A program made the translations under genes and the position numbers. Shown in pieces: positions 23,191 to 37,114 of a stretch of DNA of 64,000 bases. How positions within the stretch are numbered: position 1 is the first letter of the stretch; each line of letters opens with the position of its first letter. Source of the stretch: Botryllus schlosseri (Eukaryota); contig CM119372.1 of the NCBI GenBank assembly GCA_051294905.1, forward strand, positions 24,244,001 to 24,308,000, in the 5' to 3' direction. The notes beneath the pieces are model-generated. The model worked only from the letters and a program-made list of their open reading frames with translations. It did not search any database and was not told where the DNA came from.

Positions 23191-26100
23191 TCCCCTTCAC
23201 GTTGCTAGGAATTTGGCAATAGATGTAGACTGGATATATGACTACGTCGCTGCTACCTAAAGAAATCGAAATCCATCAAAATTATTAGATGACAAATAAA
23301 CATGAGCTGATTCGATATTTAGCGTATACTTCGAAACGACTTATTAACATCGACGGCAGTCCAATACAAAACTTCATGTTTGTATACGAGTTAAAACAAT
23401 GTATGCTCATGCGATGTGAACTTGGCGATATGGCGAACAAATCTTACACCAGAGAATGCACCAATTAAGTCAAGGGTGGCCGACCTTTTCGGCCAGAGGG
23501 CCACATTAGATTTAAGAACCATTGTGCAATGACAATTATGTCATGAAAAAGCAGCTTGCATTAATGTCCTGGCCGCGCGAGGTGCGAAAATTTCGCAAAG
23601 ATAATAAATGAATTCGTTCAATAATATTGCAGCTTGCACTTATTCCGGGTTGTCTATGCATAACGCTGGACTGATTTGGCAAGGACAGGATTATTAGGCG
23701 CTTGGACATATCAATATCGAAGGTTTCGGCGAACGTGCGGCTATCAATTTGTGCCATCATTTCATCGCCGACGATCTCTCTATGAGTGTACACGCGAAGT
23801 CGCGAGTTGGACGCCACGTTCTTTCATAATTGCGAATATAGTTAGACTCAAGCATTCAACTCTAGAGAGGGTACCAATACTAAAATCAAGAAATGGAGTG
23901 ACAATGAATCGCGTGAAATTCGGAGAAGAATTCAAGTCAAATAAATCTGCCACAAAATATTCTACTTTATAGCCATATACGAAGACTTACGAAAATGTGG
24001 CTGGCCCCTGGCTACACTTATGCGTCGGAAATGATAGTTCAGCCATCAACATCCCGTTTTCACTGTCAGGCCTTGCAAGTTCACAATAAATTCTCTTGAT
24101 AATTATTTTTTTGAAAATATAACCAATTTCGAAAATTACCTCGCAGGCCACTCGAAACCTTCTTGCGAGCCACGCGTTGACCGCCACTGACTTAAGTAAA
24201 GGATTTAGCAGATACCTCCCTCATATTCAATGATGATTCGTATTCAATGTCGAATAGTAAATCCTCATAGTTTGGACACCGGAAATGGATATTGATATCA
24301 GAAAACAACCACCTGGAAAGTTGAGTAGGTGTAAAAGCTATTTGAGGGACATAAGAAATATTATGTTTACACTTGTCTACAGCCTACTGAAAAGTCAAGA
24401 CATAAGTATTCAATGTCTACCCTGGTTTGATGATCTTATGTCGTCCTTCTACCATCTCTTATATTGGTAATTTATCATGCGACTACAATTTGCAAACTTA
24501 ATCTCTCTTTCTTTTCCACAGGGCTTGGACAACGAATCATTGTTGGATTCTGTGCGGTTGGCTTATATGATTGGGTTGATGTCCTGAAGGTTCGAAAGTG
24601 TATTTCGTATTTTCGTCCGATGGATTATTCGGTTATCAGTTTGCCAATGAAGTTATTCTAGGCCGCTGGCTAGAATTACAAAGTCAATGACGGTAAACAC
24701 ACATGATAAATGGATTATAACGGTTCTTAAGCCGATATAGAGGTGTACCACAAATCACTAAATATTTCATGGAAACAGGGATCATCAGTGAATGTTTGCT
24801 ACTGATTCCACGTGGGCTTCGTTTCCCAGATTTCATTATCTATTGCCAGCACAGTTTAATGAGGGTAATGGGGCTGTTCATAAGTAACTTATTTCTTGAA
24901 ATTTTACTGCCTACTTGAAAAAATTGTTAGGTTGCCTAAAAAACGCTGCGCACCAATTTTGGCTCAAATACAAGCTATAGAAGCATTGCTATACAAGAAA
25001 AAGTTTTGGCTTTATTTAATAAAAATAAAAATAATCTTTTTTTACATTGTACTGGCTATAACCCACGAAATTGTCAGATTGTCTGAAAAGACGATGCGCA
25101 AAAAATTTGGCAATCTCTTTGTCCGTTGTCGTTGACGACCCTAGGCAAGTTGCAAGTGGTATTGCTGGTCATGCTCACACTATGATGCCTCTAAATTAAA
25201 TCCTGACTTGGCTATATGCGATTGCTTCGTTAACATATAGCCCAGGGGAGTCAAACTCAACTTGGGTCGTGTGCCGGATTCGAACCTTCAGATGGTTCGC
25301 GGGCTGGACTATAGTCAAATTATTCCCAAATGTTTCCTCAAAACCTATGCCCTCGTTTTTCACTTGAATACTTTATTATGAAGCCTATGCATAAGTGAAT
25401 ATGACATTATATTACGGATCATATATAGGGGTTCGATTTTAGCAACATCTTTATTGGCAAACAGCGCAATTGGCAAAATACGATGATTGGTAAGTTGAAT
25501 ATAGTTATAAACCGCTAAAGCAGTGGCTCTACAAGAGCAATACAAGAGATTTAGGTGTAAACACGGACGTTGGAATTTGGTTCATCGGATTAAATCGAGA
25601 TTCGGGTTTCTCTGGAAAACGGGGATCTTTTAAGTTAGAAATTACGCAGCAGCGCCGCCACAGATATTTGAATTCTGCTTTTGTGTAATTATTATATTCT
25701 CTATGTAAGTAACCTGCATATACCGGCTTCACATTCGCGTTCTCGCGTCCGTGAATGGCTAATTTTGTTCCATTTTTTCATAGAACTCTGAATTTAGTGT
25801 GAACTGTTTGCCTTCTCATAATTCCGTGCCAATGTCACAGACTTGTTCACAATGCTGACTATGGGCATTGTGCAATAGACATCATCGACCTTGGCCGTCT
25901 TGAGGGATCGCTTAATGGAAGTATTTCTTTTTCAAAATCTCAACATTTGTTAGAAATGTGGGGGATGATATCAGCATTTTCCATCTACTCAGAATTGCTT
26001 CGCGGGCTGAATGAAATGAAATGATCTTTTCTTTCGACCACATGATCGTTGGACGACGAGGACGTTCGTGTGTTGTACTTTTGCGCTTATGATTCCGAGG

Positions 26101-26622
26101 TAAGGAAAAAGTCATTGAAATTGTTGGTGCATTGACCGCAATGGAACTGATACATAAACTTGGCAATTTCGAGTTTGTGCATATCTTTTATTTTTAGGAC
26201 ACCAAACCTTCAAAGCGGTGATTTATTGGACGGACAACCTAGCCCCTGTGGGCCCTGGTCATGATACGAAGGACCTAATGTAGTTTTTGCAGGGGCTTTA
26301 GTGCGTGGATCCCATGTATCGTATCTGAACATCAGCTGCTCGCTAATTAGATTGTTGGGAAACTATAGTATGCCTCAACGAAGTTCATACTTTCTATAAT
26401 CAATCCATCTCCGCGCCGCGTGACATGACTCACATATGAGATCTACGCTTTTCCAATTACGGTGTAGGCCCCACAAATATGATCCGTAACTAATTTTTGA
26501 ATTCGACCCCATGGCTATAAGTATGTTATCGCAGCGGAGCCCTCCAGACCCCCTGGACATGATGTGTATATGACTCTGTAACGCGGCTTTGAAGCAGGCC
26601 AGAATGTTGCATTGCTCTAGCT

Positions 26623-27937
26623 CAGAGGTCTCAAACACGCGGCCCGCGAGAACGTTTTGTGCGGCACGCGACGGCATTTTCGAATTTCAAGTATTCGACA
26701 ATATATTCAAGTGTCATTTTTCTTTTTTAGATATAAGAACTTGAATATCACCCTAAAACTACAATAAAAATCACTGAAATCTCATCAAACTTCACTATCA
26801 CATTACTTGCAAAAGCTACCATGCGGTAAAATATCAGCTATTACGTCACATTTCCAGTTCATGATGATAAAACATGACCCGTTGATGATTTGTGACTGAA
26901 AATTGTGATTTGGTTTGGTGCAATCTCTCTTAAAATGACTCGATTTCGGATGGACTGCGTGATTAAATAAAAATGAATCGAGTTAGGTCGGGTTAAATGT
27001 TAAGATCAGAGAAGAACTTGCCCTTCGGAACGGTGAATTGGTAATCCTACGGACGCGACAATCTATAAAACTGTGTTGGAAAATAGTAATATATCAAAAG
27101 GTCATAGCTTGCGTTGCCTAGGGTATATAGCTATCTAATCAGGTCAGTATGGCAACCATTGGCATTCTGTGACCCCTGTGACGTATAGGTGGTTACATGC
27201 TGGGTGTTGATTATTCTCTTCATCCATGTCATTATCGGTGGCGAGCAAGGTAGTAGTACGCTCTGCAGCTGTACCACCATTGAATTGTTCGGCGATTTGA
27301 CATTCCTATTCCAAGGGCTATTACCGGGGTACGTAGACCACTTCGGGGTACGTAGCACCACATCAGGGGGTACGAAATGCATTTTTTGGCCAATTTATTC
27401 AACTGGAAAATAGTCTTCACGCTACGCGCGATTTTATGTGAATGGGCTTCCTGGTTTTAATATACGTACATTCAGAAAATGTGTTGAAAATAGACAGGGG
27501 CTACGAGAAATCCCGGATTAGGCTACACCGCTCAAATACTCTGATATCAGATCAGTCTGCGGTACATTTTAAAATATTCTACATAAAATTGTGGCACGTC
27601 AAAGGTCCACTAGCTGCAATATTATAACCAGACAGTTTTACGATGTCATGATGCATCCTCTCGCATGGTGTCTATAATTCAGAAACAAATTATGCCCGGC
27701 ACAAAAACAATTTTATTCAAATATTTAAAAATATGATTTTTTCAGTGTCAAGCGTGAATAGTACAACAGTGAATTACATTTTCACGATGTTTGTGGAATG
27801 CCTGTCTGCAAGGTCCCGTTAAATAAGGCCTATTTGTAAATCATTCATTGAATATCCCTATTATTGATGCTGCGGCCCGCGGCGTCATCAAAAGCTAGGA
27901 AATTGGCCCGCAAGCACATTTGAGTTTGAGACCTCTG
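26623..27937 (+). mobile_element. Charlie/Buster-type hAT non-autonomous element (TIR CAGAGGTCTCAAAC)
   Basis: TIRs, GGCCCGCG subterminal motifs, TSD CTCTAGCT. Confidence 0.92.
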
Positions 27938-28019
27938 CTCTAGCTCCTGAGCCTTCTTTTATCATATATTGTCAAATTATAAAAGTAGTGAACCAGTTAC
28001 CTATAGCTCGAATGCCTTC

Positions 28020-28654
28020 ATGTTAATAGGGTGAGCTTTTCAGCGAGCGTGATGCACGTGTTCTGATAAATCTGGGACATGCTGGTTTATGCTTTTCTGC
28101 AACGTAACCGTTACGTAGGAAGAACATCGAAGCGTTTGCAGGAACGCATAAACCAACATGTCCCTATATTTATCAGAACGCGTACATCACGCTCGGTGAA
28201 AAGCTCACCTTTGACTCATCCGCTTAAGCTTGACCCTGAGCGTTCAAAGGCCATAAATTCTGCCATTGTCAAACATCTGTTGGATAATCCCGCCTGTGCG
28301 AAAAATTATCGAGGCGACTGATTTCGCGTCACTGGGAGGGGCCGCTCACACTTTCATCTGTGTGCCTTGGAGTCGACCTTTATCTAAATACATCAGCCCA
28401 AGCTTTGACAACAAAAGGAGTTCGTGTACCACATTAAAATAGTACATTGAACGCTCTCATATTTGAGATCTCATTTCGTGCTGCTGACGTCATATTTCAA
28501 GATACGATTGTTAATATACAATGTTCTTTCCAATTCTCTACTAGTTGCTGACGATTACCCCTGACGAGTGTCAGCCGAAAATATTCGGGTTCATTTCAAT
28601 ATGAATATACTATTGAATTGTATATTGAAGTTCTGTACCTCAAAGAAGCTCTTT
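28020..28654 (+). mobile_element. Penelope-like element, 5'-truncated: decayed GIY-YIG endonuclease (28079..28450) plus pLTR
   Basis: VYAF...YVGRTSKRLQERINQHVP...SAIVKHLLDNPAC...*FRVTGRGRSHFHLCALESTFI*IHQPKL*QQKEFVY, three in-frame stops, followed by the hammerhead-bearing repeat; left boundary approximate. Confidence 0.88.
28557..28590 (+). ncRNA. Minimal type I hammerhead ribozyme motif in a Penelope-like pLTR
   Basis: accc CTGACGA g tgtcagc c GAA a atat t C gggt: stem I accc/gggt, complete CUGANGA/GAAA/UH core, 1-bp stem II, palindromic AATATT helix III; predicted cleavage after C28586. Confidence 0.85.
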
Positions 28655-31600
28655 AAATATGAGTCTAGTGTGAAACGCCGATTTGAGTATACTGTGTCGT
28701 GGAATATAATCTTATTATAACCGTATGGACTTGTGTACTGTGTTAGGCGTTCCTTGTAAAGAGCGCGGAGCAGGCGGCAATCGCAGAGAGACGATGTTCC
28801 GAGCCTAGTGACACAACCGCGTTATATTGATGTGATGGAGAACAGGCTTTTTTATTTACTTTACGGTCTCTTAAAAGTACATATTTAAACTTTCCACGTC
28901 GTACATACTCCTATGATGTCATAGTGAGTGATACTCGACTCCACTCCAAGTCAGACAGGCGACGCAATAGTGTGAATCTGATAAATGCATCTATGTTGTC
29001 CAATAATGTATTCACAGTGTAGCATGTAGCAAAGCAATTCGCACCGCAGTAGCAAGGGTAAGATTATCGTTGATCATGACAGTAGCAATATAATCAGACG
29101 TTGTGACCAACCTATACAGGATCATCACAAAGAAATAGGCATGGTCGAACCTTTGTTAGAAGTAGAGCCGGCATTATTTTCTTTTCAGTCTCTCACTCTT
29201 CTTGGATCCTTCCATTTGCAATGACATAATGATGTGGCACTAACTTCGACAACCCAGTACTCGATCCGGCATCGAATCATTCAGTTCACTTTTTCACGGC
29301 CCCTTTTGAATTTTTCAACGTGAGAAGATTGCTGCAGTTCATCATTCTCATGGAGTGAGCAATGCCAATATATAGTTGGAAAGCTAGCAACTAACCTCTT
29401 ATCGTTTCTAAATTAGATGTTATTCAAATTGACTTGAAGTGACAATCCCACCAAAGTTGAAGAATGACTGCATATCTGCCATTTTCACGGTTCGCAACTC
29501 GAATGCGACACCTAATCGAAGATTCGTATTGTTTAATTCTACGCAGGTTTTTGAATATCCGTGTATATCTGATTCTTGTGAAGCATTGTCCCACGGAAGA
29601 ACTCGTCAAGGGTATAATACGCAACGTAAAATTCTTTCCATTGATGAAACAATAGGGTGTATTCTCACTATAACCGCCTCACTGGCTCACCAAAAATGCC
29701 AAGTTTGCTCCATTCGACGCAAGTTCCGACTTCTTGAACGTCCGATTAAGCCTTTCGGTATATTCTTCCGCCTTGAATGGACTCTCGTTCTGTAAAATTA
29801 TTTTGCAATCTCAAACGAACTTGCGCGAATGTGAACAGAGGTAAATTTACCACAAGAGACATGTTGCACATATAGACTGTAGGACGATGGCATCGTCTCG
29901 TTACGTCTAAGTCAACTTCAACTATGACTCGAGTCATGAGGAAGATTTATTTCTATTTTGTCATTGAAGCATGTTATGAATAGCCAGCTTCGAGTCAAAC
30001 TCATAGTTTGTGGTAATAACTGATTTACTAGTGATTTTTACGGTCTTTTCCTGCTCGGTTGACATATTTCAGACTAAAATATAAATCTGAAACGATGACA
30101 GTAATACAAATCAGGAATTGTTGTACGGGTTAATAGCACAACAAAACGATATACCATATTCCGTCAACCAAGTAACCGTCCTTTTTAGGAGAACAATACC
30201 ACAAGACGCAGCATCAAGTCCCGGCAGTATAGCATGTTTTGCAGTGTCGAACTGTCGAGGTGGATGTTAAATTTAGAGACCTTACTGGATCATTCCGGTA
30301 TCCTTTTATCACTGGGCTACATTTAATCGCATTGTGTCTTATATGTCGCATTGAATATTGTGCGTCTTAGGCGGATAAAAATATTTCAACAACCAAGTGT
30401 ATTGTACATAATTCTTTATAAAACGGTGATATTCTGCAAATCATCTTGTTGAGACCTCAAGTTACCGCGAATATCCATCGTTTGATCACTGATCTTGCAA
30501 GCTAAGAATCATATTTATTCACTTCTGGTATACGAGGACGGTATTTCCATCTGGTTTTGGATTGTTGACTATTACAGTTTCCGTGATTTCACTTCACCAT
30601 TGGATGAATCACAGGAGATAAGTTCAATGACTTTGAACCGCGGTTGTCGCTATACTGCATGTACACAGGGATTGTCTCTTCCTTTATTTGTTTTCAGGTA
30701 TTTTTAGCAGTTGCCATAACATTAGTCGAATAATGATTATCATTAGTCATTAGTGTGCTCTTTTAGATTTGGGATCAGACGAGGATGCATTAAATTGATG
30801 CGAGGAAGAAGGATGGCTGCTCATGAATTTTACCAAGCCTACTAAAATATCATATATGTCACTGTATGTATAGTGTATAAGCAGCTATTGTGGTTTGGGG
30901 CGATGGAAAACCTCACTGTAGATATTTTACTGAGGTCAGGACACCATTCTTCTATTGCACACTGCCTTAGAAATCCTCAAACTTACCTAAAATTAGCATA
31001 ATAATGCACGATTTACCATGTAAAAGAATATTACTGTAAATGCAACATCCAATTGCACAGTGACAATGTAAATATCTTATTATTAAATGAATCGTAAGAA
31101 CATAACGGGGAAATGGATAACGAAGCGAAACAACATAACAAAGAAATGGGTTAATTTGACAAAAATATAATACCAATCAGGTGGATGAATGGGTTGATTT
31201 TTCGAAATTTTTAAATATTTGTCGGAGATCTTCCACGGCCTGTAAGAGACTGGCTTATGTTTTCTGTCGTCAGATATGGACTGGACATAGCGTGGTTCTT
31301 GACCATTATTCACGAATTCCCGAGCACTCATGACACGCGGATCACTATGCCATTCGGACATTAAAAGACTCTACCGGATGGTGTTCCACAGCTATAGCAT
31401 CAATATGAACCACGATTCTGTCCCAATCAAACACACAATTAAAAACATGACATATGTCTCTGTCATTGAATGGGTTTACAGGAGCTTTCAGAGTCACAAA
31501 TGTAGATGAATGATCGGATCAGATCAAAATCTATGCTATGGTGGGTGTCAGCTGCCTGTGAATAAGATATAGATGTGCTCTAGCTGTAAGTACACCTTCG

Positions 31601-31719
31601 TTACTTCATGCTGTTGCAGGTTGTCTTCTAGTTGTGTTCAGTCTTATTCTTGTTGTCTGATTTTGACTTTCAACAATTTATCTTTGCCGCCAATCGTTCC
31701 TAATCAGGAACCTCCATAA

Positions 31720-31912
31720 CAATGTTCCCTCTAAGCTGCGCACGTGCGCAAATGCGCAGTGCTGACACGGTCTCCGCGCACGGAAAATCGAAGTTGCGCA
31801 CAATAGATACGAAGTGATGACCTTTTTTTAGTCGCTACGCACTGTTGTCCAAGGGTCTGCACAGTGAGTTGATAAGTGTGCGCAGACTCGTCAAAAATTA
31901 GAGGGAACATTG
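31720..31912. mobile_element. 193-bp MITE (TIR CAATGTTCCCTCTAA)
   Basis: 15-bp TIR; TSD CTCCATAA/CTCCCTAA. Confidence 0.88.
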
Positions 31913-32531
31913 CTCCCTAATCAGGGTAGGAGATTTTGTATGATAGTTATGTAGCCTAATCGTCTCAAATGAGCGTTTTTGCATCAATTTTCGAAATAAC
32001 TCCAGGGGTTCCTTTCCTATATCACATAGCTTACGCAGTACAGCTTCAAAGTCACTTTGTGATGTTGCCACATACATTTGGTCCGAGACAGTTGAAGCAA
32101 ACAGCCTTTTTGCAGATGATAAAGAAATTTGAAGGCATAGCATTTTTCCACGATTGGGGGTCGCAGATTAGCAACGATTGGTGCCAAAGATGGAGAATTG
32201 ATAGTTAAACTCGGACAACAAGAAAAAGACTGAGCTGATAGAGGTTCACCGCAGCAGCAAGTGGCCAAGTAAACATACAGAAAACTGTTCCATATCTGTA
32301 CAAGCAGCTTGTTCTCCCCATTCATTGCAGTGATTTCGAAGTTGGACAATATTTATACGATCATCCATCTAAATTTACTACTCTGAAAGCCATTGTAAAC
32401 CAAATAAACGACAGAGATCCATGCGAGCTATTTGATCGTTGATTTGCTTGAGACGGCTTCTTCGTTCACAATGATGCTATGGTAGTAAAACACCATTGGA
32501 CGAGTCTTCCAGTTTCAGAATGGCATATAGG

Positions 32532-34211
32532 CAGGGTTGCCATCGACATGGACCCAAAAATAAGGACAGACAAAATATTAGACTAGCATTAAAAACCGTT
32601 TTTGTACATAGTTTGTATATATACGAGCCGTGGCAAATCACATTCCATACTTTTCCCAGAAACAATCTGCTCCAGCAACTCCTAGTCATTAGAAAGTGCT
32701 TCATGGATCTCACGACAGCTCTGGTCTCGGTCTACCGTTACCGAGGGCCGAAACAGCACTTCGTCAGCTCTCCCCAAAAACGCATTGGTCTTGACCCCCT
32801 CCCCATAGAGTGACAAACGAAACTTTGTCACCCTGTGATTAGACACGTCTACCAAGATGGAAAATGCCGCGCACCAAGTTTAGACAAAATCACTTTTGAG
32901 CGTAGGGAGCGATAAATACCGGTAACAATGCTAGTAGTCTTGGTCCTGGCCGAAGCAAACTTCTTTGCAATGCTGGAATCGGGGAATATTGCTTTGAACA
33001 ATTGCGATGTGAAATCGTTGGTGAGGAACGATTCCAGGTGTTGACAGTATGGAATGCCCAGGTACCATCAGCAGCAGCTGCATTGTAGTTTGTGGTCGTT
33101 GTTGCGTGTTGATCGACTTGTCAAAAAATTATTCATCGACTGGCTCGAATTAATCAATATGACTCAATTCTTGTGTTTTGGGGTATCAATGTGAGTTGAA
33201 ATAGCGGTCTTTCCTATGGCCTCCGGGCTAATGTCACAAATGCAGATATTGCAATGTGTCAAACACCCGCCCTTCAAGCTTCGTTAGATACCATTGAATT
33301 CTCTCTCATAATCGTCACGGTAAACGTTTTTACGCCTGCTCATTTTAACTGCATGATCAGATTCAGCCTTATTATTAGCTAAAACTATATGTGCAATATA
33401 ATTGAGATAAATTTATCAATGATTTATAGCTTTACTACTTTTTAACCAAACTGTCGAGTGTCGACTCACTCGACTGCACTGCACCCTTTTTCACCGCGTA
33501 ATAAAAATGCTGCCTTCCACACATCTTATTCTGTTGTAGACTAGACAGCAGGAACCTGATACTGCTGTTTACTGCTAAAATGAGGTCCGCTGTAATAGCT
33601 TGGTACAGCCGAAACTGCTATACCACCACTCAGACTCACTGCCCATATACGTGGCGAGATAGCGCAGTGGCTGAAATACCAATGGGTTGCGGGCTCGAGT
33701 CCGACCAAGGTCGGCTTCAGAATTCCTATACCTAAGCGTTGGAAGTTTATCTAGGCTCCTCCTCGCCACCTCATCCGTTCAAGCGGTGTCTTACAAAAAG
33801 CCTGGAAGTGGGCCGTGTTATAAGTCAGCAGTTACGGACTAAAAATGAAGAATATGGACCTGGTGTGAATGACCATAGTAGTCGACAAACACCATGAATA
33901 CCTACAAACAAACTCACTGCCCTAGCTATCCCACCGCCTAGAAGCGAAATCACGTGGTGTGTACGTCACGAGAGTTCCTTTCATCTTTGATGTCATAAAA
34001 TCTCTACGACAATGCAAAATTTTAGAATATTATGCAACACAAATACCAGAGTAAAACGATCAAATTTCTGTAGTGGTTGAAAATAAGACAAAAGAAGGAC
34101 GCAAGTCGAAAATAAGGACATTTCTTAGAAATAAGGACAGTTGAGTTTTCTAAGACGTGGCCCTTCAAAATGAGGACAAATCTTAGAAATAAGGACGGTA
34201 TGGCAACCCTG
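32532..34211 (-). mobile_element. hAT deletion derivative (TIR CAGGGTTGCCAT, AAATAAGGAC subterminal repeats) with N-terminal transposase remnant
   Basis: TSD CATATAGG; minus-strand remnants THCNICICDIS..HIDTPKH and LFKAIFPDSSIAKKFASARTKTT. Confidence 0.88.
33645..33911 (+). mobile_element. SINE family 1 copy
   Basis: Same head, body and (CAAA)n tail; 11-bp TSD ACTCACTGCCC (33634..33644 / 33912..33922). Confidence 0.9.
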
Positions 34212-34944
34212 CATATAGGTATCCGCATTTCATGAGAGCTCGAGAATTCGTGAATAATGGTCAAGTATTAAAAATCCAGCAGAATGTATGATAAAATTGA
34301 ATACCGACTACACTATATATGTGCCAGACGACAGAAAACAGCAAGTCTGTCTCTTACTAGCCGTGGAAGATCTCCTGCAAGAGTTCAAAATTTCGAAAAA
34401 TCAACCCATCAATCTGAGTAGTGTTGGATTTTTGTCAAAATAATCCATTTCATTGTTATATTGTTTCGCTTTGTTATCCGTTTCCCAGTTATGTTCTTAC
34501 GTTTCATTTTACAATAAGATATTTACAATGTCGTTGGGCGATTGGATTTACAGTTGTATTCTTTTACATGGTGAAACGTGCCAAATGATGCTCAGTTTTA
34601 GGTAAGTCTGAGGATTTCCAAGGCAGTCAGCAATACGAAAATGGTGTCCTGAACTCGAAAAATATCTAAAGTGAGGTTTTGCATCACCCTAAACCACAAC
34701 AGTTGCTTAAAACCTTACTTAAATGACATTTTAATAGGCTTAGTAAAATTGCGGCACTAAAATTTTAGGCGAATCCCCCATTATCAGCCGGTTATATTCA
34801 AACTCAACATGCACACAGATGCAAGGGATGAGTTACAGAAAAAAGTAGCTATAGGATATGTTTTTAAGTCATAAGGCATGGGAAACGGACTGAAAACCAT
34901 GACTTTTTGAAAGTCGGTCAATTCTGAACAACCCTAGTGACAGC

Positions 34945-35394
34945 TAGGTTTGCATTTAAAACAAACGGTGTTTTAAAACACTTTGTTTTTGTTTGAAATA
35001 GTGTTTTAAACAAAAGCCTTTTTGAAAAAAAACAATTTTTTTTTAAAGTTGTAAAATTATGCCATAATTGTCTAAATACTTTACAAAAAACAAGTTGTAT
35101 GAGCCTACGGACAGTTCCACCCGATATAGCTGACGTATATCGATATGGGATGGTTGGAACTCTAAAAATAGTCGGCTCAACATTATTAGTACATATATTT
35201 CGTCAAATGCGCTATATTTACACTACATTTCCAATTGTCAATGTCGATCCATTATGACTTCACAATTGATATTCGTGACGCCGTGGCTTTTAAAAATACA
35301 AACAAACAAAAAACAAAAAAAAACACTTTTTAAATTCGGGCCTTGTTTTAAACATGTTTGTTTTAAATTGATTTTTGTTTTAAATGCAACCCTA
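34945..35394. mobile_element. hAT-type MITE, same family as 8274..9074, opposite orientation, without the SINE
   Basis: TIRs; TSD GTGACAGC (34937..34944 / 35395..35402). Confidence 0.9.
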
Positions 35395-35431
35395 GTGACA
35401 GCGCTTGAACGACTCAAGATAACTTCATGAT

Positions 35432-36242
35432 TAGGGTTCTGGTTTAAGTCAGGCTGATTTAAGTCAGTGTGATTTAAATCAGTGTGATTTAAATCAGTTT
35501 TTTTCGTTGATTTTTATTTTTATTATTACCATTTTGATTTTACTGATTTTTTTAAATTTTTGGACGAGATACGTGAATGTGGTTTATTATCGGACAATTA
35601 TGTGCATTTTATGTAAACCGGAGATAGCATCTCGTCTCCAGCACCGGCATAGTTCAGCTATTTATGACAGACAGACAGACAGACGGGAAAAGAGCAAACA
35701 GCGATAGTCAATCAATGTGTTAGCGTTTTGCTGTGGATACTAGTTAGTTGCTATTTCTGAGGCACTGGTGGGATACCGCAAACGCAGCGAAATCCGGAGT
35801 CTGTATCGAACTCGAAAGATTCCCTCATCTCTGATCCAGTTTGCTGGCAGAAACCACTCCATCGATCAAGATGAAGATGCACCTATTATAGATGGTCCCG
35901 ATTTGACTCAACATGTTTCCTTGATACTAGAACAGCTCAGTAATAATTCGGGCGACCCATCATTAACGCATAGGTTAAACGTTTTCAGCTATCATTAACC
36001 AAATAGGTTGAATGTTTTCAGCTATCTGGATGATGATTCACAGCCCCACATTATTAAAGTTTAAGCGTTATCCTTCATCACCTTGATTGACATGGTAGTC
36101 ATTCATCCCATTTTCTCTTGTTCGTGTTGTTGTTATTATGAGTAAACACAAAAACAAAAAAATCAAAAGAATCATGATTTGAATTATTATGTTGATTAAA
36201 ATCGATTTTAATCAAGGGCAAAATGATTAAACCAGAACCGTA
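35432..36242. mobile_element. hAT-type MITE (TIR TAGGGTTCTGGTTTAA, GATTTAAATC repeats)
   Basis: TSD TTCATGAT. Confidence 0.88.
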
Positions 36243-37114
36243 TTCATGATCACATGACGTGACTTGACTTGACTTGAGTCACTTTGTATTAATGAATTGT
36301 CTTGACTTGAACTCAGCTTTTCAGGAATATTCACTGACTCGTGATTCGAATACTCGAATTTTCCAGTTGATTTGAAGCCATCAAAGTTAGATGTTCACAA
36401 CACGGTGGTGTGACCAGTGAGAGCAGCTGCAGCGAGTGATTCAACGATCGCGCAGCCTGATTTTACTGAGCCTCTATTACTATATAACAAATAAATTGGC
36501 TGCAAACGAAGTGATGCGAGCTTACGTTGTCGTTGACCAGTAGTAAACTGTAAACTCTATTACCAGTAGTATGCATGGCAATGTATTGAAAATCGATTGG
36601 ATTATCAGTGCTGAGTGCTCACCCTAATGAACCGATTGTATGATTAAAAACGAACGCATTTAGCTGATACGTTTACATTACTCATCAACGATCAGTTTAG
36701 GATTAAATTTTGTCTCATAGATGTGTCGGTGGATTGCGCACTATACATCATATCTTTTTGTTTCAACTTTCTGAGGTTTTGTATTCTATCATCTATTTAA
36801 CTGTCCCCTATTATAAATAGAGGCTATAGACCAGTGCTTTCCAACCGGTGGGTCGCGACCCACCAGTGGGCCGTGGAACTGTTTCACGTGGGTTGAGAAG
36901 ATTTTCCAAATTTTACAGTTTCCTATTCAGTATCCCAAGCACTTTATCTTCTCGAGATTAGACGAGCAAACACACGTTTTCATGCTCTAAATTCGATCGT
37001 TTTGAGTTCATATAATCGCCGCAGGCTACGTTTCCGTGCTCGCAATAATTAATGAACCAAATTTCCCGGACAGTCATTTCGGTTGGAGCGCGAAATTGGA
37101 CAGTGTGTGATTAC

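Larger units (their letters stand above)
30826..34750. repeat. Long diverged inverted repeat (~30826..31342 vs ~34221..34750), probable foldback-type element
   Basis: Colinear reverse-complement blocks, e.g. GGGTTGATTTTTCGAAATTTT / AAAATTTCGAAAAATCAACCC and GGAGATCTTCCACGGC / GCCGTGGAAGATCTCC. Confidence 0.85.

Noticed and set aside
24510..24600. Strong plus-strand acceptor (tctctttcttttccacag) followed by short open frames
   Set aside because: No partner exons or recognisable peptide found
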